DNA of 60,510 nt from a virus. Lineage: Duplodnaviria; Caudoviricetes. Below the pieces are notes generated by a model that was not told the DNA's origin, did not search any database, and was given only the letters and a program-made list of their open reading frames with translations. The position numbers and the translations under genes were made by a program. Below are positions 18,260 to 26,414 of this stretch, one piece after another (position 1 is the first letter of the stretch; every line of letters starts with the position of its first letter). The stretch spans positions 1 to 60,510 of the IMG/VR virus record IMGVR_UViG_3300010052_000208; one strand, given 5' to 3'.

Positions 18260-18865
18260 ATGCTGATCGTCGGTCTCGACGTCGCGACACGCACCGGCCT
18301 TTGCGACATGGACACCGCCATGCCGACCTCGCACTGGAAGTGCCTGGCCGTTGAGTCCGAGGGCGAAAACGCGGAGGACAAAGCCGCCGACCTCGGTCTC
18401 TACCTGTTCGAACGCTGGCAGGTCCGCCGGCCGGATTTTGTGGCGATCGAGATGCCGCAACGAAGCGTCTCGCAGTTCGATCGTACCAAACGCGACCCCG
18501 CCACCGGCGAGGATAAGCTGGTCAAGACCATCAACCCGAACGCCCTGCAGCTGTCCGGCCTCGCCGGTGGCGCCGCGGCGGCATGCGAGATCTGCAGGGT
18601 GCCATGGGGCCTGGTCGCCGTCAGCACATGGCGCTCGAGCTATTTCGGCAAGGGTTGGAAGCCGCGCGATGAGGACGGCTGGAAACAGGCCGCCATTGAT
18701 CGCGCCGTGATGCAGAAGATCCCGCTGCCGGGTCCGGTGCAGGCGCAGCGCGATGCGGCCGAGGCGGTCGGCGTGGCCTCCGCATGGGCGAGATGCACGT
18801 TCATCCCGGCGCGCTGGCAGAAGGCGTTCATGGATTTGAGGACCGGGAAAGCGAGGGCGGCGTGA
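18260..18865 (+). CDS. RuvC-like Holliday junction resolvase
   Basis: IVGLDVATRTG, VAIE, DAAEA RNase H-fold acidic residues. Confidence 0.75.
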   Translation: MLIVGLDVATRTGLCDMDTAMPTSHWKCLAVESEGENAEDKAADLGLYLFERWQVRRPDFVAIEMPQRSVSQFDRTKRDPATGEDKLVKTINPNALQLSGLAGGAAAACEICRVPWGLVAVSTWRSSYFGKGWKPRDEDGWKQAAIDRAVMQKIPLPGPVQAQRDAAEAVGVASAWARCTFIPARWQKAFMDLRTGKARAA

Positions 18866-19155
18866 TGTTCCATCCCGGTCAGCCAGTGGTTTGTGTCGAC
18901 GACGCCTTCACCAATGTTTTCGGCACCAACGAGATTGTGTGCGGACGGACCTATACGGTCCGCGCCGTTGTTGAACCCGATCCTTTGATGTCGAAGCTGT
19001 TCGGACGTCCGCTCGACGAGCCAGGGGTGTTGTTGGTCGAGGTCCGCAGGGAAGTCGATCCGGAATACGGCGAGTGGCCCTTCGGCGCCTATAGGTTCCG
19101 CCCGCTGGACCAGACCGAGTACGGCGTCGAGACGGCTGAACGGGTGCCCGCGTGA
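18865..19155 (+). CDS. Hypothetical phage protein
   Basis: F.PGQ.VVCVD...RFRPL pattern; coupled. Confidence 0.7.
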   Translation: MFHPGQPVVCVDDAFTNVFGTNEIVCGRTYTVRAVVEPDPLMSKLFGRPLDEPGVLLVEVRREVDPEYGEWPFGAYRFRPLDQTEYGVETAERVPA

Positions 19156-19267
19156 CGCGCGCCCTGCCCTATCTCGCCTTCGCGGCCGCGATCGGGTTCA
19201 TCGCCGTGATGACGTACAGCGCCGGCGCGCATGAACGGCTGGCCGGGTTCTCGGTGGGTGCATCACC

Positions 19268-19999
19268 ATGCGCGCGGTGATTTTCTGTAGGGGCCAAGCC
19301 GTGGCGACGGCCGTCAGCGTCGTTGCGTCGATCGCCGGGATCGAACTCGAGGCCTTTCCGTCATTGCAGGAGCTCGGTTCCGCGCTCTACCGCGATCCGG
19401 ACTGCATCGGCGTGTTCTGGATCGGCGGATGGGCCGGAGGTGTGGAGGTCTGCCGCGAATTCCGGGAGACCGGAATCCGCAACGCGCTGTTTGTTGTTCT
19501 GACAAGCAAGTCGGCCGATGGCGCGCGGTTGGCGCGCGAACGGGTCATGGTGCTGAACGCCGGGGCCGATGACGCCCAGCATGAACCGATCGACGACCGC
19601 GAAATCGTTGCTCGCCTGCAGGCCCTCCATCGTCGTGAACGGGACCGCGCACTGCCATTCGTGGCCCTGCCCGGCGGCGCCATCTACACGCCCGACAAGT
19701 CCGCCATCGAGGGCGGGGTCACAGTCAGCCTGACGGGACAGGAAAACCGGCTGTTCGATCTGTTGGCGTCACGGCCCGGCGTCCTCGTCAGCCGGGCGAT
19801 GTGCATGCTGGCGCTCTACAACGAACGCGACGAGCCCCAGGTCAAGATCGTCGACGTCTTCATCTGCAAGCTGCGCAAGAAGCTGACTGCGGCAACGGAC
19901 GGGATCAATGTGATCGAGACCGTCTGGGGTCAAGGCCACCGCTTTCGCCCCGAGGGCGTCACGGCACATGTCATTCCTCTCGATCGGAGGTCGGCCTGA
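19268..19999 (+). CDS. ctrA: CtrA-like OmpR-family regulator with degenerate receiver domain
   Basis: DEPQVKIVDVFICKLRKKL...IETVWGQG closely matches CtrA DEPELKIIDVFICKLRKKL...IETVWGRG. Confidence 0.85.
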   Translation: MRAVIFCRGQAVATAVSVVASIAGIELEAFPSLQELGSALYRDPDCIGVFWIGGWAGGVEVCREFRETGIRNALFVVLTSKSADGARLARERVMVLNAGADDAQHEPIDDREIVARLQALHRRERDRALPFVALPGGAIYTPDKSAIEGGVTVSLTGQENRLFDLLASRPGVLVSRAMCMLALYNERDEPQVKIVDVFICKLRKKLTAATDGINVIETVWGQGHRFRPEGVTAHVIPLDRRSA

Positions 20000-20000
20000 C

Positions 20001-20489
20001 ATGGGTGATGCCCCACGCGAGATCCGGGACATTCTCGCCGATGCCATGCGAAGGGAACGATTGGGTGGCCTGGTCCGTCCGCTCTGGCAGGAATACGTGA
20101 CCTTCAATCCGGAGGCCTGCGAGCAGGTCAGGCTTCGCGCCGACCACCTGATCCGCCTGCTCGCCGGTGACGGCCTCACGATCGTCCGCAAGGGTGAGCC
20201 GGTGGCGGATGTCCAGACATCTGACGTGGTCTGGCGGTACTACCTCGCCGGCCAGCAGGTCGAGCGCATCATCCGCCGCAAGGGCGACGACTGGCAGATC
20301 ATCCTGGTCGGCGCCGACGGCAAGGAAACCGTCGAGCAGACCTTCGCGCTCGCTGATGCTCACGCGAACGCAGGGCTGGTGCTGACCGACGATCCCTCGG
20401 CGCGCACAATCGCCGGGCTCGGCCGGCAGCTCGCCGCGCTCGCCGAGATCTATCGCCTCTGCGCGCAATCGACGGGAGGGCAGAAATGA
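20001..20489 (+). CDS. Hypothetical protein
   Basis: GGAGG RBS, coupled. Confidence 0.65.
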   Translation: MGDAPREIRDILADAMRRERLGGLVRPLWQEYVTFNPEACEQVRLRADHLIRLLAGDGLTIVRKGEPVADVQTSDVVWRYYLAGQQVERIIRRKGDDWQIILVGADGKETVEQTFALADAHANAGLVLTDDPSARTIAGLGRQLAALAEIYRLCAQSTGGQK

Positions 20490-20779
20490 CGAAAGCCCGC
20501 GCCAAGCGCAGCCTTGAACCGATCGGGACATACGACCCCTATCATCCCCGCGTGTACGGCACTGCCAATGAAATCTTGAAGGGCAGGCACAGGCGCGAGC
20601 TCGCCAATGTCGACGCCGCCAACGAGGCTTTCGCCAGCGAGAAGCGGCAGGAAATAGATGAGCGCACCCGCCAACAGGCGGAGCAGGACATCAACGCGAT
20701 CGAGGTCCTCAAGGCCACTGCCAAAAAGATTCGGCGGATCGAGCGCCATGCGCACAAGCTCCGGATGAAGCGCCAATGA
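20486..20779 (+). CDS. Hypothetical protein
   Basis: ATGA overlaps at both ends. Confidence 0.65.
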   Translation: MTKARAKRSLEPIGTYDPYHPRVYGTANEILKGRHRRELANVDAANEAFASEKRQEIDERTRQQAEQDINAIEVLKATAKKIRRIERHAHKLRMKRQ

Positions 20780-20959
20780 CCGGCCCGCTCGCCCGCCTGG
20801 GTCCCATGTGGGACGATCTCGCCGACCGGGTGACGGATTGGCAGGTCGATTTGTTGCGGCGCAAGGCGAGCGAACTCTCGACCGGGCTCGATGCCGCCGC
20901 GCAGCGCGACGTCGAAGGCTCAGCCGAATGGCGCAATCTCAATCCCAGGGAGGAACGTT

Positions 20960-22342
20960 ATGCAGCAGCTCATTCGTGAAGCGCCGGAACGGCCGATTGA
21001 TCGCCGTTTCGGGATCGTGTTCCCGCAGGACGTCTCCAAACTATCGGACGCCGACCGCAAGGTCATGCAACTGCTCGCCAACGAAAGCGGTATCGAGATC
21101 GCCAAAACCGCTGGGGGACCATCGCTCGCTGCGGTTACGGCGATCATTCCGACGGCCACGATGCCCGGGCTCGGAGCCAAGCCGACCGACACCGAGATCG
21201 GTATGGCGCCCAACGGCGACACCATCGGGATCGATCTAGCCCGCTTGCTTGACGGCCGGCTCCTGATCCAAGGCACCTCCGGAGCAGGAAAGTCGTGGAC
21301 GCTCCGCCGCCTAATCGAACAGACCCACGGTCGGGTGCAGCAGATCATCGTTGACCCGGAAGGCGAGTTCCGTTCGATCGCGGACAGGTTCGGGCATCTG
21401 CACGTCGAGGCTCATCGCCTCGACGCCGCGGCCATCGCACAGCTTGGCGCCAAGGTCAGGGCACATCGGGTGTCTGTCCTGCTCGACATGTCGGAGCTTG
21501 ATCGCGAAGGCCAGATGGTGGCCGTTGCCGCCTTCTTCCAAGCACTGATTGATGCGCCGCGCGCGCACTGGCATCCCTGCCTGATCTTCGTCGACGAAGC
21601 TCATCTCTTCGCACCTTTCGGTGGCCAGTCCATTGCGCCGAACTCTGTGCGCAAGGCGGCGATCGGCGCCGTCACCGATCTCATGAGCCGCGGCCGCAAG
21701 CGGGGGCTATGCGGGGTGCTCGCCACACAGCGTCTCGCCCGCATGGCGAAGTCGGTTGCTTCCGAGATGCACAACTTCCTGGTCGGTCTCAACACGCTTG
21801 ACCTCGATATCCGGCGCGCGGCCGAAACCATTGGCTGGGATGCCCGGCGAGCCTTTGACCGGCTGCCCTCGCTCGAACCCGGCGACTTCATAGCGGTGGG
21901 GCCGGCGTTCTCGCACTCGCCGGTCGGCTTCCGGGTCGGCCCCGTCGAGACACAGCATCGCGGCGCCCGCCCTGACATCAGTGCACCGGACGACATCGGC
22001 GCCGAGCAGGCTGCAGAGCTGCTCGACATCGGTTCGCTGATGGCAGCCACGGAAGCCGATGAGGCCTCCCGCGACGAAAACGCGATGGTTCCAGGCCTCA
22101 AGGCTGTCCGCGCATTCATCCGGGATCCCGCGTTCCCAGTTGCGGGTCGCATTTTCGAGGCTCTGAGGCCGCTTGCTCCTGATGGAGCGAGGATCGCGGA
22201 CATGCCTGCAGCGTTCGACTGCACGGCCGAGGACGTCGCCGCAGCCGTAGCGCTCCTCGATCAGTATGGCGTTCTCGATTTCGTTGGTAACGGCGTCAAC
22301 CGAGCGGCTCGGATCGAAAAGGGAACGCTCGCATGTCTCTGA
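20960..22342 (+). CDS. Second HerA/DUF87-like ATPase
   Basis: GTSGAGKS, DPEGE, FVDEAH, RGRKRG, ATQR. Confidence 0.88.
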   Translation: MQQLIREAPERPIDRRFGIVFPQDVSKLSDADRKVMQLLANESGIEIAKTAGGPSLAAVTAIIPTATMPGLGAKPTDTEIGMAPNGDTIGIDLARLLDGRLLIQGTSGAGKSWTLRRLIEQTHGRVQQIIVDPEGEFRSIADRFGHLHVEAHRLDAAAIAQLGAKVRAHRVSVLLDMSELDREGQMVAVAAFFQALIDAPRAHWHPCLIFVDEAHLFAPFGGQSIAPNSVRKAAIGAVTDLMSRGRKRGLCGVLATQRLARMAKSVASEMHNFLVGLNTLDLDIRRAAETIGWDARRAFDRLPSLEPGDFIAVGPAFSHSPVGFRVGPVETQHRGARPDISAPDDIGAEQAAELLDIGSLMAATEADEASRDENAMVPGLKAVRAFIRDPAFPVAGRIFEALRPLAPDGARIADMPAAFDCTAEDVAAAVALLDQYGVLDFVGNGVNRAARIEKGTLACL

Positions 22343-23190
22343 CTCCAGTATCGTTCAAGCGGCCGGTGACACGGCTGCCACGGTTGTCCAAGCCTTATGT
22401 GCCCGGCAAGCGGGATGAGCGCTATTGGACCCCGGCCGAGCTAGCCGCTGTCCGAGAACATTTCCCGAAGTCAGGCGCCGCCGCCTGCCTGCCGCACCTA
22501 AAGCCACATCGAAGCATCGGTACTGTCTACCAGCAGGCCCACAAGATGGGCCTCAGTGCACCGAAGAAGCAAGCCGGAAAACCGCGCCTCCAGCATCACA
22601 TCTCCCCGGAAATGGACGAGACCATCAGGCGCGAATGGGCGCTGCTGGACGGCAAGAGGCGCGGCGAAGTCTCCGAGCTCGCCAATCGGCTCGGCCTCGA
22701 AAGGTGGGTGCTTTCGAAGCGGGCGACGAAGCTTGGCCTCACCATGCCCCACAAGAAGGAGCCTCCGTGGACGGCGGCCGAGATCGCGCTGATGTCGAAG
22801 GTGCCGCTGCACGACCCGCACAAGTGCGCGGACATCTTCCGCGAACACGGATTTCATCGGTCCGAAACCGCCATTGTCGTCAAGGCGAAACGCCTCGACT
22901 TGTCGCGGCGCGACACCAGGCAGGAATGGTCCGCCACGAAGGCCGCCAGGATGCTCGGAGTCGACGGCAAGACGATGACCCGGTGGATTCTGGAGTGGAA
23001 CCTGCCGGCGACCAAGCGCGCCGATCGCCGCCTCCCCCAGCAAGGTGGAAGCAGCTGGGACATCAAGCCCGGCGATCTCCGGCGATTCATCATCGACAAC
23101 CTCGAACACATCGACCTCCGCAAGGTGGAGAAATTCGCGTTCGTCGATCTGCTCACGACCGAACCCGAAACCGAAAGGACACCGACATGA
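22333..23190 (+). CDS. Multi-HTH DNA-binding protein
   Basis: Repeated WT.AE..(L) helices and C-terminal AARMLGVD..TMTRWI HTH. Confidence 0.6.
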   Translation: MSLTPVSFKRPVTRLPRLSKPYVPGKRDERYWTPAELAAVREHFPKSGAAACLPHLKPHRSIGTVYQQAHKMGLSAPKKQAGKPRLQHHISPEMDETIRREWALLDGKRRGEVSELANRLGLERWVLSKRATKLGLTMPHKKEPPWTAAEIALMSKVPLHDPHKCADIFREHGFHRSETAIVVKAKRLDLSRRDTRQEWSATKAARMLGVDGKTMTRWILEWNLPATKRADRRLPQQGGSSWDIKPGDLRRFIIDNLEHIDLRKVEKFAFVDLLTTEPETERTPT

Positions 23191-24902
23191 CCGACATCAC
23201 GTCAGTAGCACTCGTCGACATCGAGCCCGACGAGACGATCAACGCCAGGCGCATGAAATCCGACGAGGGCCTCGACGAACTCAAGGCGTCGATCGTCGCG
23301 CATGGCCTGGCGCAATCCCTGCGGGTGCGCGCCGCCGGCAAGAAGTTCAAGATCATCGCCGGCCATCGTCGGTACCGCGTGCTGTGCGAGCTTGCTTCGA
23401 CGGGTGGCACCATCGCCGGCGTCACGGTCACCGATGCCTACCCGGTGCCGGTGATCATCGGTGACGAGGACGACACCACGGCGCGCGAGATCAGCCAGGC
23501 CGAGAACCTGATCCGGCTGCCGCAGCACGAGGCCGATACCTACGAGACCTTCCGGGACCTCGCCGATCGCGGCCTCGATGAGGGCCAGATCGCCAGCCGG
23601 TTCGGGATCGAGTCGAAGCGTGTGAAGCGCATGCTGGCGCTGGGGCGGCTCTCGCCGCTGGTGCTGGACTGGTGGCGGACATCCACCGCCCGGGATGTTG
23701 CGGACACCGTGCGCGCCTTCACGCTGGCGCCGTCGATCGAGGAGCAGGAGCGCGTCTTCAAGAAGCTGAAGAAGTCCGGCGGCCTCTGGTACCACTACGT
23801 CAAACGCGAGTTCGGTGCCGGCGATCATGATGTTGGCAAACTGCTCACCTTCGTCGGCGACAAGGCCTTCACCAAGGCTGGTGGCGTCATCATAGAGGAT
23901 CTCTTCGGCGAAGATCACGTAGTCAGCGACCCGGCCCTCCTGAAGAAACTCGCCGACGAAAAGCTTGCCGCCAAGGTTGACGAGCTGATCGCGGATGGTT
24001 GGTCCTGGGCTTCCATCGCGTCGGAGATGCCGCAGGGCTGGTCCTGGTCGTGGGATAAACTTTCGCTCAACAAGAAGAAGGCCACCAAGGCGGAAAAGGC
24101 GAAATCTGGCGCTGTCGTCGATCTCGACCACAAGGGCAAGCTTTTGATCACCTACGGCGTCGTGAAGCCGGAGGATGCCAAGAAAGAGAAGAAGGCCAAG
24201 GACAAGGCCGAAGGCAAGGCGCCGGCCGCGCAGACGGTTTCCAACGCCATGATGCACCGCCTCAGCGTGGCCGCCACGATGGGTACCAGGACAGCACTGG
24301 CTGAAGAGCCGCGTGTCGGTCTCGTCGCCTTGCTGGCGGGCCTGACGAGCTGGAACGATGGTCCGCTGAAAGCATCGATCAACGGCTATCGGAGCGGCGG
24401 CCGTCAACCGGAAAAGTTCGGCATCCTCTTTCAACGCTTTTCTGCGATGAAGGACGCCGATCTGTTCAGGGTAGCGGCGGGGCTCGCCGGCGAGGCGCTG
24501 GATTTGCAGCGCCACAACAGCGGCAACACGATCTTCGACGCGCAAGCAGCACCGCTTGCCAATGCCATCAGCGCTGACCGGATGTCGGCGGCGCTCACGG
24601 AGGCGTTTGACCCGGCCGACTATTTCGGCGGCGTGGCCAAGCCGCTGGTAGTGCAGGCCATCCGCGAAGCGATCAACGACGACGAAGCCAAGAAGGCAGA
24701 TAAGATGAAGAAGGCTGAATTAGTCGCCTTCGCGGTTGCCAACGTTCCGTCGTCGGGCTGGCTTCCTCCCGAGCTGCGCTGCGCTACCTATGGCGGGCCG
24801 GGCGAGATTCCGCGCTCCGTTCTGGAGCCGCCGCCGATTGTCCAAGACCCTGCCGGCGAAGACGAGCTCGATGAGGACGTCGATCAGGACGAGGCAGCCT
24901 GA
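23187..24902 (+). CDS. ParB/RepB/Spo0J family protein
   Basis: ELKASI..HGLAQ, IAGHRRY, AEN, HTH. Confidence 0.9.
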   Translation: MTDITSVALVDIEPDETINARRMKSDEGLDELKASIVAHGLAQSLRVRAAGKKFKIIAGHRRYRVLCELASTGGTIAGVTVTDAYPVPVIIGDEDDTTAREISQAENLIRLPQHEADTYETFRDLADRGLDEGQIASRFGIESKRVKRMLALGRLSPLVLDWWRTSTARDVADTVRAFTLAPSIEEQERVFKKLKKSGGLWYHYVKREFGAGDHDVGKLLTFVGDKAFTKAGGVIIEDLFGEDHVVSDPALLKKLADEKLAAKVDELIADGWSWASIASEMPQGWSWSWDKLSLNKKKATKAEKAKSGAVVDLDHKGKLLITYGVVKPEDAKKEKKAKDKAEGKAPAAQTVSNAMMHRLSVAATMGTRTALAEEPRVGLVALLAGLTSWNDGPLKASINGYRSGGRQPEKFGILFQRFSAMKDADLFRVAAGLAGEALDLQRHNSGNTIFDAQAAPLANAISADRMSAALTEAFDPADYFGGVAKPLVVQAIREAINDDEAKKADKMKKAELVAFAVANVPSSGWLPPELRCATYGGPGEIPRSVLEPPPIVQDPAGEDELDEDVDQDEAA

Positions 24903-25125
24903 TCGAACATGCCAAGACAGTTCGGGAGAATGAATGACGACTTGCTCGGGCCTTTGAGCGTCCCGCTGCGCGTGCAAGTCGTTTTCCACTTGGGGTGGGG
25001 AGAACCTGTGGACATTGTGGATAGCGGGTATGCGGCGCTTTTGTCAGCGCCAGCAGCGACAAGGGTCGCGTATATTGCAAGCCTGATTTGCGGCCATTCC
25101 GCCGCACCCAGAACGAGAAGCGAAC

Positions 25126-25305
25126 GTGACAGCGAAAATCATCCCCATCATGAGCGAGGCCGAAGTGGCCTGGGCAGCGTTTATCGAGGCACGAGACTTG
25201 GCAGAAACGACTGGCAAGCTAGAAGACGGCATCGCCGCCAAACGGGCTCTGGCCGTCTTCAACGCCCTGTTCGTCCCCGAGCTCTACCGAAACCGGCGCG
25301 GATAG
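25126..25305 (+). CDS. Small hypothetical protein (59 aa, not in ORF track)
   Basis: Manual translation MTAKIIPIMSEAEVAWAAF... Confidence 0.5.
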   Translation: MTAKIIPIMSEAEVAWAAFIEARDLAETTGKLEDGIAAKRALAVFNALFVPELYRNRRG

Positions 25306-25351
25306 CCTCAACCCCTTTATCGGCCCCAAGCCTCTTCCGGGGAGCCGATCG

Positions 25352-25639
25352 ATGAACGACGCAGAGGTCCGCGCCATCCCGGAGATGAACGGTTTCCGGG
25401 CCGAATTCCGCAAGGTGCACCGCACCGCGTGGGAGGCCGTATGCGTCGACGGCGTCCCCCAGCTCTATGCTACACCAGCGGAGGCCGAGAACGCCGGCTA
25501 CAAGGCGCTGATGCGCCATATCTTCGGCGACGGCATCGTCCGCGTCGGCGAGAAGGCATCGATCGCGCGGGCAGAGCGCGAGTTCGCCAGAATATTCCCA
25601 GGCAAGGGGCGTCGGCCGGTCGAGGTGGTGCGGCGATGA
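25352..25639 (+). CDS. Hypothetical protein
   Basis: GGAG RBS, coupled downstream. Confidence 0.65.
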   Translation: MNDAEVRAIPEMNGFRAEFRKVHRTAWEAVCVDGVPQLYATPAEAENAGYKALMRHIFGDGIVRVGEKASIARAEREFARIFPGKGRRPVEVVRR

Positions 25640-26412
25640 CGGCATCAGCCAAAAACGGGTTTCCGACCGAATCAGCGCTTTGCGCAGCATTCATTGCTGC
25701 CCTCCCCGAGGGCTGGCGCGCCTACCCGGAATCGGCGGGCTTCGACATCCTGCTGGTGCGTCTCTCCGACGGAACCCAGATCGGAATTCAGGCCAAGCTG
25801 ACGCTCAACGCAGCGGTGATCGCTCAGATAGTCGACTACGGCTACGACCCATGCTCGGAAGGGACAGACTTCCGCGCCGTCCTTGTCCCGGCCTCAAAAG
25901 CCGGTTCGCTCGTCGTGGTCTGCAAACTGCTCGGCATCACGGTGATCAGGATGACCGACCCCGGCGAGGAAGAGGTGCGCGCTCGTTACCGGCTTGGCCG
26001 GGCGGAGCCGTTTCGCCCAGAATTGCCGTTACCGGGAGAACGCTACTGGCGCAGCGCCAGCGAATGGCTGGAGTGGGCGCCAGCGAAGCGCATGGCACTT
26101 CCCGATTATGTGCCTGATGTCGTCGCTGGAGCCTCAGCCCCGCTACAACTCACAGACTGGAAGATCCGCGCTATCAAGATCGCCATCATCGTTGAACGCC
26201 GGGGTTCGGTAACCAGAGCCGACTTCAAGGCCATCGGGATCGATTACCGGCGCTGGATCGATCCCTATGTGAAATGGCTTGCCAGGGGTGAGACACCGGG
26301 CGTCTGGATCGCCGGTGACAAGCTCGGCGCTTTCAAGGCGCAGCATCCCGTCAACTACGAGCAGATCGCCGCCGACTTCGACAAGTGGGCCCCGAAGGCG
26401 GTGCAGGCCTGA
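25636..26412 (+). CDS. Putative PD-(D/E)xK-fold protein
   Basis: E...FDILL...IGIQAK pattern. Confidence 0.5.
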   Translation: MTASAKNGFPTESALCAAFIAALPEGWRAYPESAGFDILLVRLSDGTQIGIQAKLTLNAAVIAQIVDYGYDPCSEGTDFRAVLVPASKAGSLVVVCKLLGITVIRMTDPGEEEVRARYRLGRAEPFRPELPLPGERYWRSASEWLEWAPAKRMALPDYVPDVVAGASAPLQLTDWKIRAIKIAIIVERRGSVTRADFKAIGIDYRRWIDPYVKWLARGETPGVWIAGDKLGAFKAQHPVNYEQIAADFDKWAPKAVQA

Positions 26413-26414
26413 GC

